From positions 1 to 64,000 of the IMG/VR virus record IMGVR_UViG_3300042384_001374: DNA of 64,000 nt; one strand, 5' to 3'. This document shows positions 1-9,684 of the stretch, one piece after another. Made by a program: the position numbers and the translations under genes. Origin of the DNA: a virus. The notes beneath the pieces are model-generated. The model was not told where the DNA came from, ran no database searches, and was given only the letters and a program-made list of their open reading frames with translations. Numbering within the stretch: position 1 is the stretch's first letter; each line of letters starts with the position of its first letter.

Positions 1-1212
1 TCCTGCGGATAAAGTTGCACTAACGGTGGCGTTTCCAGTGGTGGTTGTGGCCCAAGTCCCAGCGCTAGGAACGCTGAATTGCGTCGCCCCCGCCCTCTGC
101 AAATTTGTAGGTCCATTCGCCGTAACCCCCGCAAATGTCGGACTCTGCTCGACGCCCAGCCCCAGTGCAGTCCGCGCCGCGCCCGGCGTAGCCCCGCCAG
201 TGCCGCCGCTCGCAATCGGCAGGGTGCCAGCGAAAGAATGAGCGACTCCCGCTAGTGTCGCGTAACCCACGATGAGGTTTTGGGCGTCTCCGGTGAGTCC
301 TGCCCCATTGCCGTTGTAGGCTCCAGCGATGGGGCTGGTTACAACGCCAAGAATTGCGCTGTTGAGATAGAGCGGCTGGGTAAAAGAGTTTGAAGTGCTA
401 GTGAAGGTGTTCGCACCTGCCAAGCTAGCATACTGCGGAAGGCGTCCTTGCAAATTGGTGACGATCACACCCGTGTTCGCATTCACCCGAGAAACAACCC
501 CCACCGATTGGATTTCCCCGGTGGTGGGCTTTGTCCCGGTCAGCACGCCGACACCCACAAAGAGTTCCTTATTGAGCAAAAAGGCATTCGTGTTTGCCGC
601 GTCGAGTTCGCCAACAATGATCCCGTCGCCGTCGCCATTGTTTGCGAGGTCTTGATCGAGCAAAGCCACCGCTGGCATTTTCGCCGGATTCGTGGAGTCG
701 GCTGCTGATACAGTGACGCGATCCGTATCACCGACGTTGCCCGTGATGTAAACCGGAGTTCCACGAGTCAATGGGCCACCGCTGGTGTTCCTGACGTGCA
801 GGTAGAGGTTGCCCGCGATACTGCCATGGATGTGGGGGAGAGTTGCTGTGCCAGTTGCTGAAAGCGTGGTGGCGCTCAGGGGGCCGAATGCGGCCTCGCC
901 TGATGCTCCTCGCAAGACGAGGGTGTTGGCGGTGGCGGCGGATGCCCCAGCCGTTGCCCCACTCACCGAGGTGCCATTCGCGGCGATGAAGCCCGTAAGG
1001 TTTGATAGGGTCGCAGTAGTAATGGACGAGCCAGAACCTCCGCCCTCGGTAGCAGACGACCATGCTTCCTCACTTAAAACCGGATCGTCATCGGTTGTGT
1101 CGAGGTAGGATTGATACTGGCTCTTCCCGGTCGCTCCGACAGCGCCAAGGCTGATAGGCGCGGAAATGGTGGTTGCGCCAATCGTGATCGGGGCGTTGAT
1201 GATGGTGCTCAT
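1..1212 (-). CDS. Tail fibre / receptor-binding protein (partial, runs off window start)
   Basis: Not in the ORF track because no stop lies in the window. ATG at 1212 (MSTIINAPITIGATTISAP...) is open to position 1. It is Gly/Thr/Ala-rich with a fibre motif (LPIASGGTGGATPGAARTALGLG) and abuts the upstream adaptor gene. Confidence 0.75.
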   Translation of the reverse strand, partial: MSTIINAPITIGATTISAPISLGAVGATGKSQYQSYLDTTDDDPVLSEEAWSSATEGGGSGSSITTATLSNLTGFIAANGTSVSGATAGASAATANTLVLRGASGEAAFGPLSATTLSATGTATLPHIHGSIAGNLYLHVRNTSGGPLTRGTPVYITGNVGDTDRVTVSAADSTNPAKMPAVALLDQDLANNGDGDGIIVGELDAANTNAFLLNKELFVGVGVLTGTKPTTGEIQSVGVVSRVNANTGVIVTNLQGRLPQYASLAGANTFTSTSNSFTQPLYLNSAILGVVTSPIAGAYNGNGAGLTGDAQNLIVGYATLAGVAHSFAGTLPIASGGTGGATPGAARTALGLGVEQSPTFAGVTANGPTNLQRAGATQFSVPSAGTWATTTTGNATVSATLSAG

Positions 1213-1213
1213 G

Positions 1214-1588
1214 TTATTTGGTCACGTCGTCTCCGACGGTCAGTTTGCCCTTGTAGAGCGTGAGCGGTGACTTTTTTCCGATTTGATAAAACTCCATGTC
1301 CCAGTCCCATTCGCCGTTTTTGGAAAGGAAGGACTGAGTTTCCGGGATGTTTACCGCCCAGGTTGTGGCATTGCTAATGACAATTGGGGCGTTTGGGACT
1401 TCACCAGCAGAAGAATCTAGCTGGTATCGCAAACCATCCTCGCGCCTGACGAAGTGCATTCGCACGCGACTGAGACTCGCCGTAGGTGGTGCTCCATTGA
1501 TCAGCACTGGTCCGATAGATGCGATGCCCGGCCAGCGGTCGCCCCGCTTGTGATCGGGGAGGTTGATTTCTACGGTGTAGTCAGCCAT
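1214..1588 (-). CDS. Tail-fibre adaptor / BppU N-terminal-like protein (paralog of 4720-5085)
   Basis: Shares [26 protein letters not shown] and PLT.Y.G.LTV with 4720-5085; lies directly upstream of a fibre gene. Confidence 0.6.
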   Translation of the reverse strand: MADYTVEINLPDHKRGDRWPGIASIGPVLINGAPPTASLSRVRMHFVRREDGLRYQLDSSAGEVPNAPIVISNATTWAVNIPETQSFLSKNGEWDWDMEFYQIGKKSPLTLYKGKLTVGDDVTK

Positions 1589-1592
1589 GTGA

Positions 1593-1973
1593 TTAGAGTG
1601 TTGCGGTGCCTTTGAAATGCCTCCACCCGGCGAGTCTGACAGCGCGATGAATCACACTGCGGATTGTCCATGGAACACCTGCGTTATACATAGCCTCCTT
1701 AAAGATGTCGTCGGCTTCGTAGCGGTCGAACTGGTCGTTGTGCGGAGAGTAGAGGTAGTCGTGAATGATCGCTGCGTGGAAGTAGCTGCCGAATGGCCCA
1801 AGGAAGGTGTGAAATGTGCGGGGAATCGAAGCGCCATCGGTGACGAAAAAAGCCGGGACTGAAATCGTTCCATAGCTCGACAAGTAGCGGAACGGTTCAA
1901 GCAGCATGAACAGGCGTGCGCCGTTTTTCATGCCGACGTCTTCAAACCGCAGCTTGTCGGGGAATGGATTCAT
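1593..1973 (-). CDS. DUF1353-family phage protein
   Basis: Motifs VPAFFVTDGASIPR, AAIIHDYLY and ADDIFKEAM are typical of DUF1353. Confidence 0.8.
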   Translation of the reverse strand: MNPFPDKLRFEDVGMKNGARLFMLLEPFRYLSSYGTISVPAFFVTDGASIPRTFHTFLGPFGSYFHAAIIHDYLYSPHNDQFDRYEADDIFKEAMYNAGVPWTIRSVIHRAVRLAGWRHFKGTATL

Positions 1974-2173
1974 GGTTGGCGGTTTCTATAGAGGCACGTC
2001 CCGAGTCCGCAGCCTTTGCTCAAGCGGTCCACATCGTCCTGTAGTTTGGAGACGATGCTGCGGAGGTTGGCAATCTCGGTAGCGAGCGAGCGGTAGATGA
2101 TTGCCGCCAGCGTCGAGATGGCGGTGGCGAGGGCGATGAGGACCATCAGGATCCATTCGGTCGGGATTGTCAT
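1970..2173 (-). CDS. Small membrane protein, holin-like candidate
   Basis: MTIPTEWILMVLIALATAISTLAAIIY gives one TM helix followed by a coiled coil. Likely start is ATG 2173. Confidence 0.45.
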   Translation of the reverse strand: MTIPTEWILMVLIALATAISTLAAIIYRSLATEIANLRSIVSKLQDDVDRLSKGCGLGTCLYRNRQP

Positions 2174-2207
2174 TGGGTGTGGGTGAGTGGGTGAATAGCT
2201 GCTGGGG

Positions 2208-2534
2208 TTAGCACCAGAAAGTATTAGGCACGGTTGGATCGTCTGTAGGGCGCGGGTCGCCAGATGTGGATGACCAATGGATGAACTGCTCGCCACCTTC
2301 AGGAATCGGGATGCCGATCAGGTCACGAAACAACACCCAGTATTGCCCGTCTCCGGTGGCTGGCGTGTCCTCGTCGCCGCCCGTGAAGTGCTCGCCGATG
2401 ACGCACAGCGCGTGCGTGTGACTGGCGAGGTTGGATTGCACCACGCCTGACTCGTCGGGCGAAGCGAAGCCGTTGTCCACACCGAATTGCTCGGCGTGGG
2501 CTTTGCTTGGGAATACTAGCAGGTAGTCGGTCAT
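2208..2534 (-). CDS. Tail-fibre-associated small protein
   Basis: 108 aa; start overlaps the stop of the fibre gene 2531-4723. Confidence 0.5.
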   Translation of the reverse strand: MTDYLLVFPSKAHAEQFGVDNGFASPDESGVVQSNLASHTHALCVIGEHFTGGDEDTPATGDGQYWVLFRDLIGIPIPEGGEQFIHWSSTSGDPRPTDDPTVPNTFWC

Positions 2535-4723
2535 GACGTGAGGGATTGAAGTTTGAAGTTGGTGAGGCGTTTTTTGTAGTAGCGGACGGCAGCAATGTGC
2601 GAGCCAGACGATCCGATGCTCATCAAATCCGCCCCTGCGAGAATTTCTGACGGTGGGCTATCGGCTGCACTAAGGGTTCCGTTCAAAGCACCTCTGATGT
2701 CGTCCGTTTTATAGGCTAGCGCAGCCCGTGACTCTGGCGTAGGGGATGTTCCAACTGACTGATATTGCGTCACGGCTGCTTTGGTGCAAAAGAACTCAAT
2801 CGGGCTGGAGTCTCCGGTTTTGTTCCCGTTGGTTCCGATCTGAAATCTATTACTGCCTGAGTCAGATGAAACGGCAAACCTTACTATCGGGACATAAGCA
2901 ACCCCTCGGCGAAACTCTGATACCACTGCCACGACAGTCCCCTCGCTCTGATTATAAAACCCACTGAAGGCATACCCCGTAATCGAGCAAACATCCGCAC
3001 TGCGAACCACGGACGCTGTGGTGGTCGGGATGTAGCTGGTTGCAAAGGAGCCTGCTTCGAGTTGTGCTCCCCAGATAAAGATGCCGGATGTCCCGTCGCC
3101 AGTGTATTCTGTGGTAATGCCATCGGAAGACATGCGAATACTCCCCTGTGTTCCCGCAGCACTTGTTACTGTGCAGCGATACCATCCATTACCGAAATTA
3201 GTTATAGTAGGAGTGTTTACGCTTGTGAGTGCTACCCCTGTATCAATGTTAAAAAAAGCATCCAATCCGCCAAGTCTTAAAACAATAAAATTTCTTTCCC
3301 CCTTTTTAGCGAAAACACTAAGTGTATGCGAAGTTGCTGGAGGGGTTACAGTGGAACCAATAGTATGAGTATTTGAAGTGGATGTGTCTTCAACTAATTT
3401 GTCCGCAGTAAGCGCACCATCTGGTGCTGTTGTTGCGTTCGCTGTAATTGATGATCTTGTTTTTGTCCAAGTCGCATCTTCAAATGTTTCTGAGCGAGCA
3501 TATAAATTAGTCCTGCCCTCCTCGATCAGCAAGCCTTTGCACGCGAGGGTGACGGGATCGTGGTCGAAACGTGCAGCGTTAATAGCAGCAGATTGGATAA
3601 GTCCATTGCTTCCCACGAACGTCGCAGCCGAAGCACGGGTAAAAACCGGAGTCGGACCACGGCGGGCGATCAGGGTTTTGTCTCGGGAAAACTGGAGGTT
3701 GAGGCTCAGAAATTCATCGTCTGAGTCCAGCTCGCGGTCCACGTCGAGCGCGTAGGGGATAATCCATCGGCTTTGCGCTGAGCTGTAAAGGTAGAGGATT
3801 TCCGTGGTCGTCCGCATCCACAGCATCCCATCGGTCGGCGATGTCGGGGCGGCGTCGGCAATGGTTACCGGGCCGACGCCTTGGACTCCCTGAATGCCTT
3901 GGATGCCGATAGGTCCTTGCGCTCCGGTCGCTCCGGTCGCTCCGATCACTCCCTGCGGTCCTGTCGCTCCGGTTGCTCCGGTCGAGCCGGTTGCTCCGGT
4001 TGCGCCGATAGGTCCCTGTGGCACGGTCAGATTGAGCACCTGCGCCCCGGCCACTCCAGTAATAGCGACGGCGGCGGTTGATCCCGGCGCTCCGGTAGTA
4101 GTAGTCCCAGCGGTCAGGCGGGAAGCATTTGCGGCGGTGATGGCGCTGGCGGCGGCGTTTGTCGCTGAAGTGGCGGCATTGCTCGCGCTGGTCCCTGCTT
4201 CGCTGGCTTTAGTCGTGGCGGTGCTTGCCGATGCGGTGGCGTTGTCTGCCGAATCGGAGGCGGCGGCGGCTTCGGCGGTGGCGATTCCGGCTTGCGTGGT
4301 GGCCCCGGAATCCGCAGCCGACGCGGAGCTGGCGCTTGCTGCCGCTTCGCTTGCTTTTGTCGTCGCAATCCCGGCTTGCGTGGTGGCCGTGCTTGCCGAG
4401 GTGCTTGCGGATGCCGCAGAGGCGCTTGCTGCGGTCGCACTGCTTGTCGCCTCACCTGCTTTGGTGGTGGCGATGTTCGCTTTTGTGGTAGCAGTCGATG
4501 AGGATGTAGCGGCAGAGGTGGCGCTTGATGCGGCCTCAGCTGCTTTTGTAGTCGCAACCACTTTGGATGCTTCTGCGGCGGCGGCAAAGGTGGCGGCTTC
4601 GTTTTGCGAGTCTAGCCATTGGTTCAGCGTGCCATCAAAGCCATTGGCAAGCGCGAGCTGATAAGCATCTCGCGCCTGCGTGAACGGCGCGGTAATGTCG
4701 ATTTGTGTGATGTGGATGCTCAT
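2531..4723 (-). CDS. Tail/head fibre protein with Ala/Ser/Thr repeats, collagen-like G-X-Y stretch and C-terminal beta-sandwich domain
   Basis: ATTKASEA-type repeats, [10 protein letters not shown] collagen triplets, and [41 protein letters not shown], a motif common in phage fibre/spike proteins. Confidence 0.85.
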   Translation of the reverse strand: MSIHITQIDITAPFTQARDAYQLALANGFDGTLNQWLDSQNEAATFAAAAEASKVVATTKAAEAASSATSAATSSSTATTKANIATTKAGEATSSATAASASAASASTSASTATTQAGIATTKASEAAASASSASAADSGATTQAGIATAEAAAASDSADNATASASTATTKASEAGTSASNAATSATNAAASAITAANASRLTAGTTTTGAPGSTAAVAITGVAGAQVLNLTVPQGPIGATGATGSTGATGATGPQGVIGATGATGAQGPIGIQGIQGVQGVGPVTIADAAPTSPTDGMLWMRTTTEILYLYSSAQSRWIIPYALDVDRELDSDDEFLSLNLQFSRDKTLIARRGPTPVFTRASAATFVGSNGLIQSAAINAARFDHDPVTLACKGLLIEEGRTNLYARSETFEDATWTKTRSSITANATTAPDGALTADKLVEDTSTSNTHTIGSTVTPPATSHTLSVFAKKGERNFIVLRLGGLDAFFNIDTGVALTSVNTPTITNFGNGWYRCTVTSAAGTQGSIRMSSDGITTEYTGDGTSGIFIWGAQLEAGSFATSYIPTTTASVVRSADVCSITGYAFSGFYNQSEGTVVAVVSEFRRGVAYVPIVRFAVSSDSGSNRFQIGTNGNKTGDSSPIEFFCTKAAVTQYQSVGTSPTPESRAALAYKTDDIRGALNGTLSAADSPPSEILAGADLMSIGSSGSHIAAVRYYKKRLTNFKLQSLTS

Positions 4724-5085
4724 TTGGTGGTTTCGGGCATGACGGTTAGTGTTCCGCGATAAAATGTCAGAGGCGCGGCGTCAGTCCCGGCCCAGAACTC
4801 CATGTCCCACTGCCACACCCCGGCTTCGAGCGGAAGAGGTTGCGATTCGGGAATGTGTGCCAGCCATGTGGTGGCGTTGGAGATGACGATGGAAAAGCTG
4901 TTGCCTAGTTTGCTGTCGAAGGTCGCGCCAAGCCTGCCGTTGCGACGGAACTGCATCTTGACGCGGGTAAGTGGCAACGCTGGCTGCGCGTCGTCGATGA
5001 TTACCGGGCCAATGGAGGCGATTCCATGCCATTTGTCGCCAGCGGTAGTGGGCGATAGGTCGATTTGTATGGGAATGGCGCTCAT
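4720..5085 (-). CDS. Tail-fibre adaptor / BppU N-terminal-like protein (paralog of 1214-1588)
   Basis: Clear paralogy with 1214-1588; its stop overlaps the start of the fibre gene. Confidence 0.6.
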   Translation of the reverse strand: MSAIPIQIDLSPTTAGDKWHGIASIGPVIIDDAQPALPLTRVKMQFRRNGRLGATFDSKLGNSFSIVISNATTWLAHIPESQPLPLEAGVWQWDMEFWAGTDAAPLTFYRGTLTVMPETTK

Positions 5086-5086
5086 G

Positions 5087-5881
5087 TTATGCTAGGGCGA
5101 GTTCGGCCCAAGTGGAGCCGGTCCAGATATAAAGCGTGCCGGTGTCGATCACCGTAAGTGTTTGGCCGATGCGGGTGCCGACTGGGGGTGGAGTGAAATT
5201 GTAGGTGCCGGGAACGACGTTGCCTGTGCCGTTATTTCCTGGGGCAAAGCTCGCGGTAAAAGGTGAAGGTAATACGGCAACAGCCAAATTGATTAGCTCG
5301 CTTGCGGTCATGGTTCCCGGAACCGACCCACCCGGAGATCCGATCCCAATAGTCAAAACCGAATCGGCGTATCCTGCTGTTGTTGGTGTCGGATTAACAG
5401 AAGGTGCAGCTGTAATTACAAGCTGAAGTGCTCCGAGTCTTGATAAAATCACATCATTGTTTGTGCCCGCAAAAGCAGTTTGAATGAAATTGATATTCGG
5501 ATTCGCCCCGGCGAAGGTCAGCGCGGCGGTGATCGGGCTCTTGCGGCCGTGGGTCACCTCGCGCAGCAGGGTGAGGGTGCCAGTGCGCACGGTCCTCACT
5601 TCCTCGCTTTCGTAGCTCTCGGCCTGAATGTCCCAGTAGAGGGTGGCGGCGTCCAGATCGACGGTGAGGTCGCGGGTGAGGCTGACGGAGGCGAAGTGGT
5701 TGTTGGCGGTGAGGCCGTCGCCAAGTTCGAGTTGGATCGGGGCGGCGGGATCGCTGTACTGGGGATCGTATTTGGCAGTGAAGACCAGATGCCAGTCGTT
5801 GCCGGGGAGGAACGGACGGTTGCCCCACCGCAGCGGGATGCTGAAGGTGCGAGTGTCTCCAAGGCGTTGGACTAAAATCAT
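5087..5881 (-). CDS. Virion structural protein (BppU-like N-terminus plus short fibre-like C-terminus)
   Basis: LGDTRTFSIPL...LYWDIQ...GTLTLLREVT resembles the adaptor fold; lies in the structural block. Confidence 0.5.
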   Translation of the reverse strand: MILVQRLGDTRTFSIPLRWGNRPFLPGNDWHLVFTAKYDPQYSDPAAPIQLELGDGLTANNHFASVSLTRDLTVDLDAATLYWDIQAESYESEEVRTVRTGTLTLLREVTHGRKSPITAALTFAGANPNINFIQTAFAGTNNDVILSRLGALQLVITAAPSVNPTPTTAGYADSVLTIGIGSPGGSVPGTMTASELINLAVAVLPSPFTASFAPGNNGTGNVVPGTYNFTPPPVGTRIGQTLTVIDTGTLYIWTGSTWAELALA

Positions 5882-5900
5882 GACGGTTTAGCCGTGGCTA

Positions 5901-5938
5901 AAATAAAGCCCCGCCCCCACATGACGCGAGGACGGGAC
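5901..5938 (-). terminator. Probable intrinsic terminator
   Basis: On the minus strand, hairpin GTCCCGTCCTCGCG..TGTGGGGGCGGGGC followed by TTTATTT, after the 5947-6228 gene. Confidence 0.55.
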
Positions 5939-5946
5939 AAGTTAAA

Positions 5947-6228
5947 TTACGAAACGCGATACCACTTGTTGCCAAGCGCCCGAAAAGTCCCAGACGCGCC
6001 AACCGCAACTGCGGCCGTGCCAACAATGGTGTCAGGCGAGGTAACCGTTGCCGTGACAATATTGCCAATGGCGACGATGGTGAATTCCTTGCGACGGCCT
6101 TTGCTGGAAGGAAGTAGCAAGTTGACGGCAGCGGTGCAGGTCGAAACCTTGCGGCGCAAGCTGCCGGTAGCGGTAAATACTCCAACCGAATTATTGTAGG
6201 CGGGAAGATTGCGAGTGATGGCTTTCAT
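5947..6228 (-). CDS. Small virion protein, possible capsid decoration
   Basis: 93 aa, beta-rich, immediately downstream of the capsid gene. Confidence 0.45.
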   Translation of the reverse strand: MKAITRNLPAYNNSVGVFTATGSLRRKVSTCTAAVNLLLPSSKGRRKEFTIVAIGNIVTATVTSPDTIVGTAAVAVGASGTFRALGNKWYRVS

Positions 6229-6259
6229 GATGATTTGGAAAAAATGCCCGGTTTTAAGG

Positions 6260-6298
6260 AAAAAGCCCCGGCCCGGATGGGCGTCCGAACCGGGGCTT
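6260..6298 (-). terminator. Intrinsic terminator after the major capsid gene
   Basis: On the minus strand, AAGCCCCGGTTCGGA..TCCGGGCCGGGGCTTTTT. Confidence 0.7.
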
Positions 6299-6325
6299 GA
6301 AACAACACACTAATCAGCCTGAGAG

Positions 6326-7783
6326 TTAGCCGAGCGAACTGCCGTCGATGATGCGACCGTCAGGACGAGGCACCGCAAGGTGGCGGATGACAATTCCGTA
6401 TTCCGGATTGACCGGGCGGGTGCCGTTGGCCATCACCATCAGGAATTGACCCATGTTGCCAAGCGGGTTGTCTTGCTTGTCTTCGTAGTTTTTCCATTTT
6501 GGCGTTCCGATGTAGTCGGTAGCCATGAAGGTGGCGTCGTCCACCGAAGTGATCGGACGCGGAACCTCGCTGACGCAGACGCCTTGATGGAACACGTAGC
6601 TGTCTTCCCAAGTGGCGATGAGCCATTTCTGATTGGGCGTGCGCTTGAGGGCGAGACCGGAACCGGAATAGACAAACCGTGGCACCTTGAGCCATGCGGT
6701 GAACGCATTGGAGGCAGAGAACGCGGTGATGGCTGCGCCGTCGTCACGAACCACGAAACCGGTAGTGGTTGAAGTGGCGGTTTTGACGATGTACTTGATG
6801 CCACCGGCAATGATGGTCGAGCCTTTAGTGAGCTGTGCGGCATTGGTGGAAGTGGCACCCAACGCGGCCGACAGGGTGTAAGCACCCGTGGTGACAACAA
6901 TGGCGAGGGTTGGAGTGCCTGCGGTGGCGTAGGATTCCCAGCGGTCGCAAGTTTCGTCGAGTGTGTGAGCCCAGCCGTTGTAGCTCCATTTGGTGCGCAT
7001 CGAACCGAGCAGCTTTTCGTTTTGGCTCGAATAGCGGAAATCCTCGCGGACATCCGGGTCGTCCATGATCAGGCGGCGGCTTTGGCGTGGCGAAGTAATG
7101 AGCGAATAGACAGGACCGGCATTGGCTTCACCCAGCGAATCACCGCCAGCGCCTTGATGGTTGAGGTATTCGTAGAACTCATCCAAGAAGCCGTTGCTCA
7201 AAATTGAGCTTTCAGTGCCAGTGGCGGCCGGAAAGACAACGCGGTTGTAGTCGTCCAAACCAGTCAGGTTCATGCCGGAGTCAAGCACGACAAGGTTGCC
7301 TGCGATGCGTTTGTATTCGGAACGCTTGCGGTCAATCCAGTATTCGCGGCCTTGGTCGGCGAGCGCTTTGACGCACGCGCCCATCTGGGTGGCACGAACA
7401 AATTTGTCGCGCAATTGCTCGACGTTGACGTAAGGTCCCCAAATCGACTTCCACTGGAGGTTGTATTCACGCAGCGTCTGACCGAACACGACGTTGTCGG
7501 AAGGTGGGATGTGGCCGTCTGTTTTTTCCGCTTGATGGTTGGCGTGGGCGTCGTTGAACGAAACGTCAGGCACCATGTCAGTCCAGTCCACTTCATCGGC
7601 TCCACCAGCCACCATGGCGCGGTCGAACTGGAAGGTTTTCTGTTTGGACGATTTCTCGTCCTTCCAGAATTCCTGACGATAGAGAGTGATCCACGGGGTG
7701 GGTGCCGCCATCATCTTTTGGTTGATGTCGGTGGAGATTTGAGCTTCGCGCTCGACGAGGTAGTCTTGGATGGTCGTAGCCAT
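6326..7783 (-). CDS. Major capsid protein (putative)
   Basis: 485 aa, follows portal and scaffold, has a long leader and its own terminator. A central Thr/Ala-rich insertion suggests an extra surface domain. Confidence 0.7.
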   Translation of the reverse strand: MATTIQDYLVEREAQISTDINQKMMAAPTPWITLYRQEFWKDEKSSKQKTFQFDRAMVAGGADEVDWTDMVPDVSFNDAHANHQAEKTDGHIPPSDNVVFGQTLREYNLQWKSIWGPYVNVEQLRDKFVRATQMGACVKALADQGREYWIDRKRSEYKRIAGNLVVLDSGMNLTGLDDYNRVVFPAATGTESSILSNGFLDEFYEYLNHQGAGGDSLGEANAGPVYSLITSPRQSRRLIMDDPDVREDFRYSSQNEKLLGSMRTKWSYNGWAHTLDETCDRWESYATAGTPTLAIVVTTGAYTLSAALGATSTNAAQLTKGSTIIAGGIKYIVKTATSTTTGFVVRDDGAAITAFSASNAFTAWLKVPRFVYSGSGLALKRTPNQKWLIATWEDSYVFHQGVCVSEVPRPITSVDDATFMATDYIGTPKWKNYEDKQDNPLGNMGQFLMVMANGTRPVNPEYGIVIRHLAVPRPDGRIIDGSSLG

Positions 7784-8031
7784 GGGAGTGGTTTAGTTGA
7801 GAGTTGGTTTGGTTTTAGCCACGGCTAAAATGCGTGGCGGTTTGAAAGAAATGCCGGAAGCAGCGACGGGTCAGAAATGACTCGGTCGTTTGGTTTGCTT
7901 TAGGACCCAACGTGGGAACGGCGGCTTGAGAGTATTCAGTCCCCTCTCAAAGCTTCAGGGACGAACGGGGTTTACCTTTATTCCGCTTGATTGTCAACCG
8001 AAAAACTTACGCTTGGTTGATTTTTTTCAAA

Positions 8032-8067
8032 CCCAAACAAAAAGCCCCGCCTTTTCAGGGGCGGGGC
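8032..8067 (-). terminator. Intrinsic terminator after the scaffold-like gene
   Basis: On the minus strand, GCCCCGCC-CCTGAAAA-GGCGGGGC-TTTTGTTT. Confidence 0.7.
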
Positions 8068-8138
8068 AGAAGCGTCAACTTCCATCAAAAGTGGAAAGCT
8101 CCACAAAACTGCTCTTGTTCTCCAAGCAGAAAAACGGA

Positions 8139-9395
8139 TTAGAGAACCAAATCGGCTTCCATGAAATCATCCATAAACGAACGAGCTTTCTTGGCTCCGG
8201 CCGGTATCTGGACCACCGAACTGCCGGTGTCAGGCTTCGCCTTGAGGGCCTTTTTGTCGCCTGCGCGGTATTCGGACAGCTCGCGTTGCAACGAGATGAT
8301 TTGCTTCTGGGCAAATGGCAGCAAAGTTCCGGCGAGAGCCGCAAATGCCTGATCCGAAGCGCGGGCTTGGCTGAAGTCGAGCGACAGGCTTTCGTTCTTC
8401 ATCTTGGTGTATTCCAGAGTGGGTTCGCCGTCGTCGTCCAGCAAACCGGGGATCGCCTTTTCCCAGCGGCTCCATTTGTCCTTCTGGATGGTCTGCACCG
8501 CTTTGCGTTGATCGGCTAGCGACTTTTCGGTGGCTTCGATGCGCTTGGCTTCACGCTGGCCCATTTCCTTCTCGGCGTTCTCCATGAAGCCCGCATGCTT
8601 GTCGAGCAGGTCGGTCACTTTGCCGATGGCTTGAAACACCTCTTGTTTGCGGACTTCAGAAAACCCGGCAAGGTGGGTCTTGATCATCTCGTCCTGCACC
8701 CTCATGTCATCCTCGCGGACCAAGGAGCGCAGCACGGACGGGTCCATCTCGTAAACCTCGGACAACTTGTCGAGCTTGGCGTGGATTTGGCCCCACGGCT
8801 CGCGCACTTCCTTGATGTATTGGTCGTCGTTTTCGACCATCACCTTGGCGGAGACGCCGGAAAGTTCCTTGATGCGCTCGCGCAAACCTTCTGTTTCTTG
8901 GGCTTTGGTTTTGAGTTCTTCCAGCTCTTGAGTGAGCGCAGCGGGAGGAGCGGCTTGTTTGGCGGCTTTCAGCTCGGCTTTGAGAGCTTTAAACTTTTCT
9001 CCTGCCTTAGCGTCCATCCCTTTCACTTCCTCTTCCGTCTGCTTGTCGAAAGCGGCTTCGTCAAATGCGCCGGGGTCTTTGACGACTGGCTCAAGTTCGT
9101 CTGCCTTGCTGAATCCCTCGTCCAGTCCTTCGATAGCCTCCACAGGCTTCTCTGCGGGCTTAGAGACGACTTCCTTGACGGGCGTAGCAACAGGGGCCTC
9201 AGCAGCCTTCACGGGCTCCGCAGGAGTGGCATAAACAGGCTCTGCGGATTTCACCGGCTCGGCCTTGGCGATTGGTGCGGCTGGACCGTCAAAGAATTCA
9301 TCCATCCCCGCAATCAACCCCTTTCCGGTAGGATCGCCCCATGCTTGGGGTTGCATTTGTTCTGGCGCGGCAATCTGTGTTGTTTCGGTGCTCAT
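8139..9395 (-). CDS. Scaffolding-like protein
   Basis: Acidic Pro/Ala/Glu-rich N-terminus and coiled-coil body; located between portal and capsid. Confidence 0.55.
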   Translation of the reverse strand: MSTETTQIAAPEQMQPQAWGDPTGKGLIAGMDEFFDGPAAPIAKAEPVKSAEPVYATPAEPVKAAEAPVATPVKEVVSKPAEKPVEAIEGLDEGFSKADELEPVVKDPGAFDEAAFDKQTEEEVKGMDAKAGEKFKALKAELKAAKQAAPPAALTQELEELKTKAQETEGLRERIKELSGVSAKVMVENDDQYIKEVREPWGQIHAKLDKLSEVYEMDPSVLRSLVREDDMRVQDEMIKTHLAGFSEVRKQEVFQAIGKVTDLLDKHAGFMENAEKEMGQREAKRIEATEKSLADQRKAVQTIQKDKWSRWEKAIPGLLDDDGEPTLEYTKMKNESLSLDFSQARASDQAFAALAGTLLPFAQKQIISLQRELSEYRAGDKKALKAKPDTGSSVVQIPAGAKKARSFMDDFMEADLVL

Positions 9396-9652
9396 GTTAT
9401 TGGTGTTTCAGGCTTGAATCGGCGGTGGCTGGTGGTAACCGCCTTTTTGGCGTCCACGCTAGCGTAAAGAGTCGTGACAAGCAGCTTGGCCCCTTCCTGC
9501 ACCTTGTAGGCGAGGGCAGCGGACTCGACGGTCGCCATTCCGGAATGGTTGGTGATGACGCTGGAAAGTGCGTTCTCAAACGCCGCCTGCAACAGCGGGT
9601 TGGCAAGCATCTCCCGAAGTTCGGTTTTCTGGTGTTCGCTGAATGGGTCCAT
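9392..9652 (-). CDS. Hypothetical protein (portal-adjacent)
   Basis: 86-aa ORF translationally coupled to the scaffold gene. Confidence 0.6.
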   Translation of the reverse strand: MDPFSEHQKTELREMLANPLLQAAFENALSSVITNHSGMATVESAALAYKVQEGAKLLVTTLYASVDAKKAVTTSHRRFKPETPIT

Positions 9653-9684
9653 GGTGTGTGTTTTAGTTGTGGCTAAAGCAAATC

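Noticed and set aside
3894-4661. Long antisense ORF over the Ala-rich/collagen fibre repeats
   Set aside because: Shadow ORF of low-complexity repeats with no independent protein signature.
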